From an uncultured Thermoleophilia bacterium (GTDB lineage: Bacteria; Actinomycetota; Thermoleophilia; Gaiellales; Gaiellaceae), in the NCBI GenBank assembly GCA_963721955.1, contig CAVRKG010000002.1, positions 13,865-77,864 of the forward strand: a stretch of DNA of 64,000 nt, in the 5' to 3' direction. The notes below the pieces were generated by a model that was not told the DNA's origin, did not search any database, and saw nothing but the letters and a program-made list of their open reading frames with translations. Position numbers and translations under genes: made by a program. Below are positions 9,094 through 18,704 of the stretch, piece after piece (position 1 is the first letter of the stretch; each line of letters opens with the position of its first letter).

Positions 9094-11139
9094 CTAACCG
9101 TGGATCGAGGCGAGCAGCGGGATGATCAGGATCGCGACGATGTTCGCGATCTTGATCATCGGGTTGATGGCTGGCCCCGCGGTGTCCTTGTACGGGTCGC
9201 CCACCGTGTCGCCCGTGATACCGGCCGCGTGGGCCTCCGAGCCCTTGCCGCCGAACGCACCGTCCTCGATCAGCTTCTTCGCGTTGTCCCAGGCGCCACC
9301 GCCCGACGTCATCGAGATCGCGATGAAGAGGCCGGTGACGATCGTCCCGATCAGGAGGCCGCCGAGCATCTTGGGACTGATGATCCCGACCACGATCGGG
9401 AACACGATCGGGATCGCTGCCGGGAGCATCATCCCCTTGATCGCCGACGTGGTGACGATTCCGACGGCCCGTGAGTAATCCGGGCGCGACGTCCCTTCCA
9501 TGATGCCGGGGTCGTCGCGGAACTGTCGTCGCACTTCCTCCACGACCTCGCCGCCGACACGACCCACGGCCGTCATGGCAAACGCGGCGAAGAGGAACGG
9601 CATCATGCCCCCGATGAAGAGGCCCGCGATCACGTACGGGTCGTCGAGCGAGAACACGGTGTCGATGCCAGCCTCGACGAGGCTCCGCGTGTACTCGTCG
9701 AAGAGGATCAGAGCTGCGAGGCCCGCAGACCCAATCGCGTAGCCCTTCGTGACCGCCTTCGTGGTGTTGCCGACGGCGTCGAGCGGATCGGTGACACCGC
9801 GCACGGACTCGGGCATGTCCGCCATCTCGGCGATACCGCCGGCATTGTCGGTGACCGGGCCGAAGGCGTCGAGCGCCACGATCAGCCCGCACATCGAGAG
9901 CTGCGCCATCACGGCAACGCCGATCCCGTAGATGTTGCCGCCCGCGATCTCGTACGCGGCGACGACGCCCGCTGCGATGACGATCACCGGTAGCGCGGTG
10001 GCCTCCATCCCCTTCGCGAGCCCCGCGATGATGTTCGTCGCGTGACCTGTCGTCGATGCTTCTGCGATCGACTTCACAGGGTGCCAGCGACTACCGGTGT
10101 AGTACTCGGTGATCGCGACGAGGAGGAACGTAATCGCAAGTCCGACGAGCGCCGAACCGTAGAGCTGCCAGAACGAGAACTGGGGGCTGTCGAATGCCAG
10201 CGTGACCGGGATGAAGCCGATCGCCGAGAGGATGGTCGCAACGATGACACTCATGTAGAGCGCGTTGATGATCGCATTCGGACCTGAGCCAACCCGCGAG
10301 AAGAACGTCCCGACGATGGAGGCGAGGATCGAGATCCCTCCGAGCGCCAAGGGATAGAGCCAGAGCTGGCTGTTCGGGTACGCGGTGCCGAGCAGCATCA
10401 CAACGACCGCGGTCACCGCATACGTCTCGAACAGGTCCGCGGCCATTCCTGCACAGTCGCCGACGTTGTCGCCCACGTTGTCCGCGATCACGGCGGGGTT
10501 GCGCGGATCGTCCTCCGGGATACCCGCTTCGATCTTGCCGACGAGGTCGGCACCGACGTCGGCTGCCTTCGTGAAGATGCCGCCGCCGAGTCGCGCGAAG
10601 ACGGAGATCAGCGAGCCTCCGAATGCGAGACCGAGCAGATCGTCGACCGCAGAGTCGGCGCTGTTCCCGAGCCCACCGGTCAGGAACCAGTAGTACCCGG
10701 CAACGCCGAACAGACCGAGTCCGACGACGAGGAGTCCGGTCACCGAGCCGGCGCGGAATGCAACCTTGAAGGCCGGGGCGACACCCTCGCGGGCTGCCTC
10801 GGCGGTGCGGGCGTTCGACCGGACGGCAACGTTCATGCCGATGAAGCCCGCGGCGGCGGAGAGCACGGCACCGATCACGAAGCCGAATGCCGTTCCCCAG
10901 CCCAGTTCGTTGTAGAAGCCGATCAGCAGGATCGGGGCGATCGCCACGACCGCAATCGTGGTGTACTGCTTGCGGAGGTACGCGGCTGCGCCCTCCTGGA
11001 CGGCGCCCGAGATCTCTCGCATGCGCTCGTTGCCCGCAGGCTGGCTCAGGAGCCAATAGGTCAGATACAGGCCGTACAGCACCGCTGCCGCCGCACAGAC
11101 GAGTGCGAAAGCCACAGCATGGTCATTGAAAAAGTCCAT
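9094..11139 (-). CDS. hppA: Membrane-bound H+-translocating pyrophosphatase, K+-independent type
   Basis: [29 protein letters not shown] and [16 protein letters not shown] carries the Lys diagnostic of K+-independent enzymes. Confidence 0.95.
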   Translation of the reverse strand: MDFFNDHAVAFALVCAAAAVLYGLYLTYWLLSQPAGNERMREISGAVQEGAAAYLRKQYTTIAVVAIAPILLIGFYNELGWGTAFGFVIGAVLSAAAGFIGMNVAVRSNARTAEAAREGVAPAFKVAFRAGSVTGLLVVGLGLFGVAGYYWFLTGGLGNSADSAVDDLLGLAFGGSLISVFARLGGGIFTKAADVGADLVGKIEAGIPEDDPRNPAVIADNVGDNVGDCAGMAADLFETYAVTAVVVMLLGTAYPNSQLWLYPLALGGISILASIVGTFFSRVGSGPNAIINALYMSVIVATILSAIGFIPVTLAFDSPQFSFWQLYGSALVGLAITFLLVAITEYYTGSRWHPVKSIAEASTTGHATNIIAGLAKGMEATALPVIVIAAGVVAAYEIAGGNIYGIGVAVMAQLSMCGLIVALDAFGPVTDNAGGIAEMADMPESVRGVTDPLDAVGNTTKAVTKGYAIGSAGLAALILFDEYTRSLVEAGIDTVFSLDDPYVIAGLFIGGMMPFLFAAFAMTAVGRVGGEVVEEVRRQFRDDPGIMEGTSRPDYSRAVGIVTTSAIKGMMLPAAIPIVFPIVVGIISPKMLGGLLIGTIVTGLFIAISMTSGGGAWDNAKKLIEDGAFGGKGSEAHAAGITGDTVGDPYKDTAGPAINPMIKIANIVAILIIPLLASIHG

Positions 11140-11251
11140 CAAACCTCCGGAGGCACGTCACAAAGAAAGCCCGAAAACGGGATCGGCGCGCCCGATTATG
11201 TAGCACAAGCTCCGGTGCTGCCCGCCGAACCGACTGTCGGGGACGCGAAAC

Positions 11252-12406
11252 TCAGCCGACGGGAGTGGGTCTCAGGATGAGCTCTCCGTAGACCTCCGCC
11301 AAGTCGCCGGCCTCCCCGAACCGCGCGATCTGGCGCTCTGCGGCGTTCTGCTCGGGCAGGCGAAGCCACTCGGCGGCCCCGATCTCCGCAGCGACGGGGA
11401 GCACCCATTCGATCAGTCTCTCGACCCTGGCCCGCGCCGGGAGCACGTCGCCACGCTCGAGGTCGATGAGGTCGCCCGAGAGCCCGTACCGAATCGCGCG
11501 CCACATGTTCTCCTCGATCAACCGATGCGGCTGCTGCACGATCGGCTCTCCTTCGTCGATCGCCCGTGCGACCCGCGCCGTCAGGGCAACGCAGAGCGCC
11601 GAGAGCGATTGGGACTCCGCCAGATCCGGCTGCCCGTCGCAGATGCGTATCTCGACGGTCGGGAACGCGAGGTGCGGACGCACGCTCCACCAGAGTTGCG
11701 TGTGCTCGGTGACCGAGCCCGTGTCGTAGAGGAACCGTACGTAGCGCTCGTAGTCGTCCCATGAGTCGAACGAATCCGGGACGCCGCAACGAGGAAAGAA
11801 CCGGGTGAAGACCTGCGTTCGAGTCGAGTGCAAACCGGTTTCGACACCTTCGGCAAACGGCGAGCTCGCCGAGACCGCGAGAAGCTCCGGGAGCCAGTTC
11901 CGCAGTGCGGAGGTCACTCTGAGCGCACGATCGGCACCGTTGATCCCGACGTGGACATGGATGCCGAACGAGGTGTTCTTCCAGACGACGTAGCGAAGGA
12001 TCTGATCGTTGAGGCGGTAGTGCGGCGTGTCGATGATCCGCTGGTCCTTCCAGTTCGCCCAGGGATGGGTGCCCGTTGCGCCGAGCGCGAGCCCCAGCGG
12101 CTCGACGAGGGCGAGCAGTTCCGCGCGCCGGTCGGCCAACGTCTGCGGTATCGCCGCGAAGCTCTCGACGCGCCCCGTCTTGACCTCGACCTCGGAGGCA
12201 ATGAGCTCGCCGGCGAGGTGGCTCTCCAACGGCGTCCCGACAGCCGCGGCCTGGACCTCCTCGAAACGGTTGACGAGGTCGAGCGACGCCGGATCGAGCA
12301 GGCCGAACTCCTCCTCGACGGCAACCGTGAAATCGATCGCCGAATCGAAGCGCTCGCGCGCCTCCCGGAGGAGTTGGTCGATCGGAATGCGCTGCATGTC
12401 GCCCAT
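11252..12406 (-). CDS. ybdK: YbdK/GCS2-family carboxylate-amine (glutamate-cysteine-like) ligase
   Basis: TVAVEEEF, GTHP, GIHVHVG, SASSPF, WWSVRP, TVEIRICD, ENMWRAIRYG. Confidence 0.88.
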   Translation of the reverse strand: MGDMQRIPIDQLLREARERFDSAIDFTVAVEEEFGLLDPASLDLVNRFEEVQAAAVGTPLESHLAGELIASEVEVKTGRVESFAAIPQTLADRRAELLALVEPLGLALGATGTHPWANWKDQRIIDTPHYRLNDQILRYVVWKNTSFGIHVHVGINGADRALRVTSALRNWLPELLAVSASSPFAEGVETGLHSTRTQVFTRFFPRCGVPDSFDSWDDYERYVRFLYDTGSVTEHTQLWWSVRPHLAFPTVEIRICDGQPDLAESQSLSALCVALTARVARAIDEGEPIVQQPHRLIEENMWRAIRYGLSGDLIDLERGDVLPARARVERLIEWVLPVAAEIGAAEWLRLPEQNAAERQIARFGEAGDLAEVYGELILRPTPVG

Positions 12407-12505
12407 CGAGCGAGAAAGGGTAGTCGATACTGCACTTTCGATAGCGGCGCCGAGGCGTCGGCGCTCCGCGATCCTCCTGCCGGCCGGAGCGGGCGGTCGG
12501 GACGT

Positions 12506-13756
12506 TCAGGCGAAGGGCTCGAGGAGTCGCCGCGAGACTCCGGCCCAGCTCCAGCGCTCGACCACCGCATCGCGGGCGGCCGAGCGGACGGCAGCGCGTT
12601 CCGCGGCTGGGAGGGTCAACAGCTCGCCGAGCCGTCGTGCGAGGTCGGAGGCATCACCCGTCTCGAAGGAGACCAGGTGACGAAGGTGCGCCGGATACGC
12701 CGCCTCCAAGCCGGCCGCGACTTCGGCGAGACCCGAGTGACGGGCGACGAGCGGCGGACAGCCGCCTGCCGCGGCCTCGACGGCGACCATGCCGAACGCC
12801 TCGGGGAAGATCGACGGGACGACGCATGCGTCTGCGAGTGCGAGCAGGTGCCGCAGGTGCCGATGCTCGAGTGGCCCCGTGAACAGCGCCTCGACTCCGG
12901 CGGCGCGAGCCTGCCGCTCCAGCGACGCACGCTCGGGGCCGAAGCCGACGACGACGAGACGCGCGTCGTGTCCGGCGAGCGCGTCGATGAGCACGTGCAC
13001 GCCCTTCTGCTCGATGAGCTTCCCGAAGTACACGACGACAGGCTGCTCAACCGACAAGAAGGCCTCGAGACGTCCGGCGTTCCCGGCGTCGGGCATCCGT
13101 TCCTCCGCATTTCCGGGATTCGGCTCATCGTGTCTTGCCGCCTCGATCAGGCTTGCCCGCGCCAGGTCGCGCGGTTCGGGCTTCCACTCGTCGATGTCCA
13201 CTCCGGGCGGGACCTCGATCACGTGCTGCGTGTGGCCGCACACCTCGGCGAGAACCGTGCGGATGTGCGCCGAGCCCACAAATGTCGCACGTGCCTCGGC
13301 GAGCGCGTCGGCACCCCAGGCGGAGAGCTCCGCGTTGCCGCGCATCGAGTACTCGAGCTCCGAGCCATGCGCTTTGACCGCGAACGGCGCAGCGGTCGCG
13401 GCTCCCACCGGGCCACCGAGAAGCACGTGGTTCGCGAACACGACGTCGGCGGGCAACAGCGAGCGAATCGTCGCTGCGTTCGCCTCGACCCAGTCGTCGA
13501 GGTCGGCGCGAGAGCAGTCCTGGACGAGGCGCACGTCATACCCCTCGTACCGATCGAGGACGAAGACGGGAAGGAAGCCGCCGACGTCCGGCCGTACCGC
13601 CGCCGCACTCCCGAGGTCGTACTGCTCCGGGTGCGGTTCCTGCGACAGGACCGTGACGTCGTGCCCGGCTGTGCTCCACTCCCGCGCCAGCATCCGGGTG
13701 TACACGTTCGAGCCGGTCCCGCCGAGGAGATAGCCGTGCCAGAGCAGAATCCGCAT
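12506..13756 (-). CDS. Glycosyltransferase family 4
   Basis: MRILLWHGYLLGGTGS; FGKLIEQKG; PSIFPEAFGMVAVEA (EX7E motif). Confidence 0.9.
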   Translation of the reverse strand: MRILLWHGYLLGGTGSNVYTRMLAREWSTAGHDVTVLSQEPHPEQYDLGSAAAVRPDVGGFLPVFVLDRYEGYDVRLVQDCSRADLDDWVEANAATIRSLLPADVVFANHVLLGGPVGAATAAPFAVKAHGSELEYSMRGNAELSAWGADALAEARATFVGSAHIRTVLAEVCGHTQHVIEVPPGVDIDEWKPEPRDLARASLIEAARHDEPNPGNAEERMPDAGNAGRLEAFLSVEQPVVVYFGKLIEQKGVHVLIDALAGHDARLVVVGFGPERASLERQARAAGVEALFTGPLEHRHLRHLLALADACVVPSIFPEAFGMVAVEAAAGGCPPLVARHSGLAEVAAGLEAAYPAHLRHLVSFETGDASDLARRLGELLTLPAAERAAVRSAARDAVVERWSWAGVSRRLLEPFA

Positions 13757-13849
13757 GGGTGCATCCTGCCTGGGCAGCTCGGGCAGCACCCTCCGACCGC
13801 ACGCGAGAGCCGATCCCGCCGCCGGAAACGACCCGGGCCGCGGTGAGGG

Positions 13850-14470
13850 TCAGGTCAGGTGGAAGTAGAGCGCGTAGAGCAGTTCGACGGCGGGGTTCGA
13901 GGTGTGAACCTGGACGTCAGCCGGCGTCGTCAGAAGGGCCTGCGAATAGTTGAAGATGATCTTGACGCCGGCGTCGACGAGCGCGTCTGCGGAGCTCTGG
14001 GCGGCGTCTGCGGGGACGGCGAGAACGCCCACGATGATGTTGCGGTCGCGCACGACCTTGGGCAGCGTGTCGAGCGGCGTCACCGTGACTCCGCTGACGG
14101 TGCGCCCTGCCTTGCTCGGATCGCTGTCGAAGACGGCCGCGATCGTGATGCCGTGCTCGGCGAAGATCGGAGAGCCCGCAATCGCACTCCCGAGTCGTCC
14201 CGCTCCGACGAGTGCGATGTTGTGCTGGCCGTGCGCCCGCAGGATCTTCCGAAGCTCGGCGAGCAGCGAGTCGATGTTGTAGCCGACACCGCGCTTGCCA
14301 AAGCGACCGAACCCCGACAGGTCACGGCGGATCTGCGTCGCGTTGATGTTCGTGTACTCCGCGATGCCCTGAGACGAGATTCTCTCCCGGCCCATCTTCT
14401 TCGCCTGGGTCAGCACCTGGAGATAGCGGCTCAGCCGCGCTGCCACGCCTACCGTCAGTCGGTCTGCCAC
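13850..14470 (-). CDS. rex: Redox-sensing (NADH/NAD+) transcriptional repressor Rex
   Basis: RLSRY, QIRRDLSGFGRFGKRGVGY recognition helix/wing, GAGRLG NAD-binding motif. Confidence 0.95.
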   Translation of the reverse strand: MADRLTVGVAARLSRYLQVLTQAKKMGRERISSQGIAEYTNINATQIRRDLSGFGRFGKRGVGYNIDSLLAELRKILRAHGQHNIALVGAGRLGSAIAGSPIFAEHGITIAAVFDSDPSKAGRTVSGVTVTPLDTLPKVVRDRNIIVGVLAVPADAAQSSADALVDAGVKIIFNYSQALLTTPADVQVHTSNPAVELLYALYFHLT

Positions 14471-14497
14471 GAATGTCCCCCTGGGAATCTGGTCGCT

Positions 14498-14514
14498 TGT
14501 GACAAGTTGTCACA
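14498..14514. promoter_or_regulatory. Perfect palindrome TGTGACAA-G-TTGTCACA, probable Rex autoregulatory operator
   Basis: 17-bp AT-rich inverted repeat 28 nt upstream of the rex start, with TGTGA/TCACA half-sites. Spacer is 7 nt versus the canonical 6. Confidence 0.7.
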
Positions 14515-14520
14515 TTCTGC

Positions 14521-14778
14521 CTACGGGGGTATCGCAGCGTCCGGAGAACCGTCGGAGCGAAGCCGTTCGAGCAGGCCTTCGAGCGTGACGAAGTACGTGA
14601 ATGCGCGGACTCCGTCGATCTCGATCACGGGGAGGAACTCGCGGTACTCCGCCTCGAGCGACTCGATCCCGCCGATGTCGATCAGGTCGAGGGTGAACTC
14701 CGCGTCGACCCGCTCCTGCGCCTCCCGTACCACCTCGATCGCCCGCTCGCAGAGGTGACAGTCTCCCGCGTGGTACAC
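14521..14778 (-). CDS. Glutaredoxin-like protein (DUF836 type)
   Basis: CHLC redox motif and LPVIEIDG cis-Pro motif. Adjacency to rex is typical of actinobacteria. Start is uncertain. Confidence 0.75.
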   Translation of the reverse strand: MYHAGDCHLCERAIEVVREAQERVDAEFTLDLIDIGGIESLEAEYREFLPVIEIDGVRAFTYFVTLEGLLERLRSDGSPDAAIPP

Positions 14779-14812
14779 GGATACGAGTCGCGAGGGAAGG
14801 ACGGTCGTGCTC

Positions 14813-16087
14813 CTATGGATAGAGACCGCGAATCGTCGTTGCCTCGGCCACGCGCTGTACCGCAAGCCCGTACGCAGCCATTCGCATGCTCGACCCGTAC
14901 CGATCGCGCGTCGACCAGGTCTCCTCGAAGGCGCGAACGACGATGTCGTTCAGCTTCGCGTTGACCTCGTACTCCTTCCAGAAATACTCCTGGAGCCCCT
15001 GCACCCATTCGAAGTAGGAGACGACGACGCCGCCGGCGTTGGCCAGAACGTCCGGGAGCACGAGGATGCCGCGATCCTCGAGGATCTCGTCCGCTGCGGG
15101 AGTCGTCGGACCGTTGGCCCCCTCGCAGACCATCTTCGCCTGCACGCGAGAGGCGTTGTCGGCTGTGATGACCTGCTCGAGCGCGCACGGCGTGAGGACG
15201 TCGCAGTCGATCTCGATCAACTCCTCGTTCGTGATCGCCTCCCCGCCGGGGAATCCCTCCAACACGCCGTGCTCGGCCTTGTACGCGAGCGCCGCCGGCA
15301 CGTCGAGGCCGTACGGATGGTGGATGCCTCCCCGAGAGTCGGAGACGGCGATCACCCGCACGCCCTCCTCCGACAGGAGACTCGCGAGGTTGGAGCCGAC
15401 GTTGCCAAAACCCTGAATCGCCACGCGGGTGTCGTGAAGCCGCGAGCCCTGCTTCTGGAGCGCGGTCCGGATGCAGTACAGCGACCCTCGCGCTGTGGCA
15501 CGGTCGCGACCGACGGAGCCCCCGAGGGCGAGTGGCTTGCCCGTCACGACACCGAGAACCGAATGCCCGACGTTCATGGAGTACGTGTCGAAGATCCAGG
15601 CCATCACCTGAGAGTCCGTGCCGACATCCGGCGCTGGAATGTCCTTTTCGGGCCCGATCTCGTTGATGATCTCGCTCGTGTACCGGCGTGTCAGTCGCTC
15701 CTTCTCACCGATCGAGAGCAGTTTGGGATCACAGACGACGCCGCCCTTGGCGCCTCCGAAGGGAAGCCCCATGAGAGCGCATTTCCACGTCATCCACATC
15801 GCGAGTGCTTTCACCTCGTCCTGCGTCACCGCCGGGTGATACCGGATGCCCCCCTTGGCCGGACCGCGCGTCATGTTGTGGATGACGCGGTACCCCTCGA
15901 AGGCCTGAACCGAGCCGTCGTCCATCAGGACGGGCACGGAGACCTCGACGCCCTTCTTGCAGTAGGAGAGGATCTGGATCAGGTTCGGATCCACCGCGAA
16001 CGTTTCTCCGACGCGCCGGAGTTGCGCCTGTGCAATCTCGAAGGGATTCTCGCGGAGGTGCGTCGGGAGAAGAGGAGGCGCGCTCAT
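14813..16087 (-). CDS. gdhA: Glu/Leu/Phe/Val dehydrogenase (glutamate dehydrogenase)
   Basis: KGGIRY, MTWKC, GGAKGG, DIPAPD, GFGNVG, EGANGP, NAGGVVVSYFEW. Confidence 0.93.
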   Translation of the reverse strand: MSAPPLLPTHLRENPFEIAQAQLRRVGETFAVDPNLIQILSYCKKGVEVSVPVLMDDGSVQAFEGYRVIHNMTRGPAKGGIRYHPAVTQDEVKALAMWMTWKCALMGLPFGGAKGGVVCDPKLLSIGEKERLTRRYTSEIINEIGPEKDIPAPDVGTDSQVMAWIFDTYSMNVGHSVLGVVTGKPLALGGSVGRDRATARGSLYCIRTALQKQGSRLHDTRVAIQGFGNVGSNLASLLSEEGVRVIAVSDSRGGIHHPYGLDVPAALAYKAEHGVLEGFPGGEAITNEELIEIDCDVLTPCALEQVITADNASRVQAKMVCEGANGPTTPAADEILEDRGILVLPDVLANAGGVVVSYFEWVQGLQEYFWKEYEVNAKLNDIVVRAFEETWSTRDRYGSSMRMAAYGLAVQRVAEATTIRGLYP

Positions 16088-16157
16088 GCGGTGGCACCGT
16101 CGCACACGACGCCCCGACTATACCCCGCGTGCGGGAAGCCACGGGTGGGCTGTGTCG

Positions 16158-18704
16158 TCACGAGATCGTGAACGGGATCGCCTCGACGTCGGCCTCGCCG
16201 CCGCCGACCGGCGTCGCGACGACACGCAGCTCGTAGTCGCCGCGCGGTAGCCGGCGACCGCCTGCTCCGCGACCCGTGATCCCGAAGGAGTACCTGCCCG
16301 GGAGCACGTCACGGACGAGCGCGAGCCGACCGAGGTTCTTGTCGTCATGGAAGAGATCGATGCTCAACGACTCGAGCGGCACGAGCTGCGGGCGCGCCGC
16401 CGTTCCTTCGACGCGACCCGCGACGATCGTGAGGACGGCCGGCTCGAGGTCCGACGGCGCGAACGTCCGGCTCGAGAGCTGAGCGGTCGTGATGAGGTCG
16501 CGAGACTCGAGGGGTACCGCGATCGCCCACTGCACCCGCAACGTGGAGCCGCTGCGGACCTTGACCCTGATCGCGCCGGAGAGCGCCGACGGTGCTTCCG
16601 GCAACAAGGGAGCTGACACCGAGACCGCGACCTTCAGGGACTTGCCGGGTGCCAGCTTCGCCTTCGTCGGTTTCACGCTGACGACGATGTCGGCCCCATC
16701 GGCGCCGCCGGGCTCGATCGTCAGCTCGAGCGGGCGACGACTGACGTTTCGCAGCGTCACTTCCCGTTCGAGCTTCGTGTCCGAACCACGAGCGATTCCG
16801 AGGCCGAACGCGGGCGGGTCGGCGACCAGCTCGATCGCGGCTGCGCCCGAGGGGTCGAGCGAGCCGGCGGTGAAGGCGCTGCCGCGCCGCGAGGCCGCGA
16901 TGAGGGCCGCCTTGAGGCCGGCGGCGTCCAGATCCGGCCGTGCCTGGGCGAGCAGCGCCGCGGCGCCGGCCACGACCGCGGCGGCCGCGCTCGAGCCGCT
17001 CAACGTGCCGTAGCGTGCTGTACCGCCCTCGTCACGGCCGGGATCGGCCGTTGCCAGCCCGATCCCCGCCGTGCTCACGTCAGGCTTCGGGCCCGCATCG
17101 AATGCCAGCCCTTCGGACGAGAACGGCGCCGGACCGCCGCGCCCCTCGTTGGCCTCGAACGAAGCAGCTCCGACCGAGAGGCTGACGGGAACGCCGTTCT
17201 TGAGGGCAGAGCGGACGCGATCGGCCCCGACCGGATCCAGCCCGAGAATGGGTACGTCGAGTGGACCGTCGGTGCCGAGCGAGCCGGCGGGCAGCGGCCC
17301 GTCGACGAGCACGGCGCGCGCGCCGGAGGCGATGACCTCGCGCACGGCCTCGGGCGACGACGTGCCGCGAGGAAGGAGCACGCCGGCGCCCGCGACGCGG
17401 CTGTAGCCCGCGTTGTCGAACAGCCGCTCGAGGCTTCCGGTGGCGCCGACCACCGGCGCGGCGGCTCCCGCCAGCGCGACGACCGGCGCCGTCAGCGACA
17501 GCCGCGGGTCGACGCCGGACCCGAGCGGCTGGTCACCGGAAAGGAGCGTCCGCAGCCCTGCGAGCAGAAGGACGTGAGCCGTCGGGCTCTGGACGCGCGT
17601 GTCGTTCGCACCGGCCGTGAGAGCCGCGGGCGCGCCGCCCGGCCCACTGATGCTGCCGTAGGACGGCCCGGCAGGCCCGTCGTTCCCGGCCGCAGCCACG
17701 AGCAGCGAGTCGAGCGCCGACGCTCCAGCGGCCGCGAGGGCGAGGGGGCCGTCGGCGAACGCAGCGAACGGCTCCACGACCCCGGCGAGCGTGATGCGCG
17801 CGGCGTCGTGCGCGTCGCCGTCCTCGTTCGGGTCCACGGCGAGCTCGATCCCGGCCAGGAGCTGGTCGGTGCGGCCGTAGATCGAGACGCCGCCGGCCGC
17901 GTCCGGCTGCCAGCCTGCCACCCGAATCGGGAGCAGTGTCGCGTCCGGCGCCACACCGTGCAGCCCTGCAGGTCCGCCCGACCCCACCACGAGCCCTGCC
18001 ATCTCCGTGCCGTGCCGTTCGGGCCGACCGGGAACGGTCGGGTTCTGGCGCGCGCTCGCATCACCACCCGGATCGATGACGTCGATCCCGCGCACGAGGG
18101 CGTCGCGAACGTACGGGTGCACGAGGTCGATGCCCGTGTCGAGCAGGGCGATGCGAACCCCGGCGCCCGTGAAGCCCGGAATCCCCACCTCGGCCCGACG
18201 CCCGCCGACGACGTCAACCGTGGTCGGGTCGACGGCGGCCGGGATCGTGGCCCGCACGGGGAACACGCCTCTGACATCGGGATCGCGCTCGACGATCGCC
18301 AGAGCACGTGCGTCCAACGGGGCGGCGAAGCCGTTGAAGATCCTGACATAGGAGTGCTCGGGCTCGATCGGTGCGCCCCGGAATGCAAGGCGGGCAATCA
18401 CCTCGCGCTGGGCGATGCGTGCGGCTGCGGTCCACCCGCGTTCCTGCCGCTCTGTCGCGACGCCGCCTTTCGCGGCGACACGAGATGCGAGCGACGGCTT
18501 CGCGAGAACGACGATCCAACGTCCACCGAGCTGCGCCGACGGCCTGCCGCCGAGCAGGCTCTCCCAACCGGCGGAACCCGACCGGGGCGCGTCGGCACCG
18601 CTCGCGCCCTGAGCCGCAAGAAGCACGGCGGCGCAGAGAACTCCCAGGCCGACCGCGCGCAACGAACGCCGTGGGGCCGGGCTAGGCAGCCGACGCATAC
18701 GCAT
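16158..18704 (-). CDS. Secreted S8 (subtilisin-like) serine peptidase with I9 propeptide, PA insert and C-terminal Ig-like domains
   Basis: Signal peptide; FNGFAA; catalytic LDTGID, HGTEMAG, AAGN and SGSSAAA (variant of GTSMA). Confidence 0.85.
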   Translation of the reverse strand: MRMRRLPSPAPRRSLRAVGLGVLCAAVLLAAQGASGADAPRSGSAGWESLLGGRPSAQLGGRWIVVLAKPSLASRVAAKGGVATERQERGWTAAARIAQREVIARLAFRGAPIEPEHSYVRIFNGFAAPLDARALAIVERDPDVRGVFPVRATIPAAVDPTTVDVVGGRRAEVGIPGFTGAGVRIALLDTGIDLVHPYVRDALVRGIDVIDPGGDASARQNPTVPGRPERHGTEMAGLVVGSGGPAGLHGVAPDATLLPIRVAGWQPDAAGGVSIYGRTDQLLAGIELAVDPNEDGDAHDAARITLAGVVEPFAAFADGPLALAAAGASALDSLLVAAAGNDGPAGPSYGSISGPGGAPAALTAGANDTRVQSPTAHVLLLAGLRTLLSGDQPLGSGVDPRLSLTAPVVALAGAAAPVVGATGSLERLFDNAGYSRVAGAGVLLPRGTSSPEAVREVIASGARAVLVDGPLPAGSLGTDGPLDVPILGLDPVGADRVRSALKNGVPVSLSVGAASFEANEGRGGPAPFSSEGLAFDAGPKPDVSTAGIGLATADPGRDEGGTARYGTLSGSSAAAAVVAGAAALLAQARPDLDAAGLKAALIAASRRGSAFTAGSLDPSGAAAIELVADPPAFGLGIARGSDTKLEREVTLRNVSRRPLELTIEPGGADGADIVVSVKPTKAKLAPGKSLKVAVSVSAPLLPEAPSALSGAIRVKVRSGSTLRVQWAIAVPLESRDLITTAQLSSRTFAPSDLEPAVLTIVAGRVEGTAARPQLVPLESLSIDLFHDDKNLGRLALVRDVLPGRYSFGITGRGAGGRRLPRGDYELRVVATPVGGGEADVEAIPFTIS

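Noticed and set aside
12424-12443. Direct repeat TCGATA-N8-TCGATA upstream of ybdK
   Set aside because: TCGA words are very frequent in this sequence; the repeat is too short to support a binding site.
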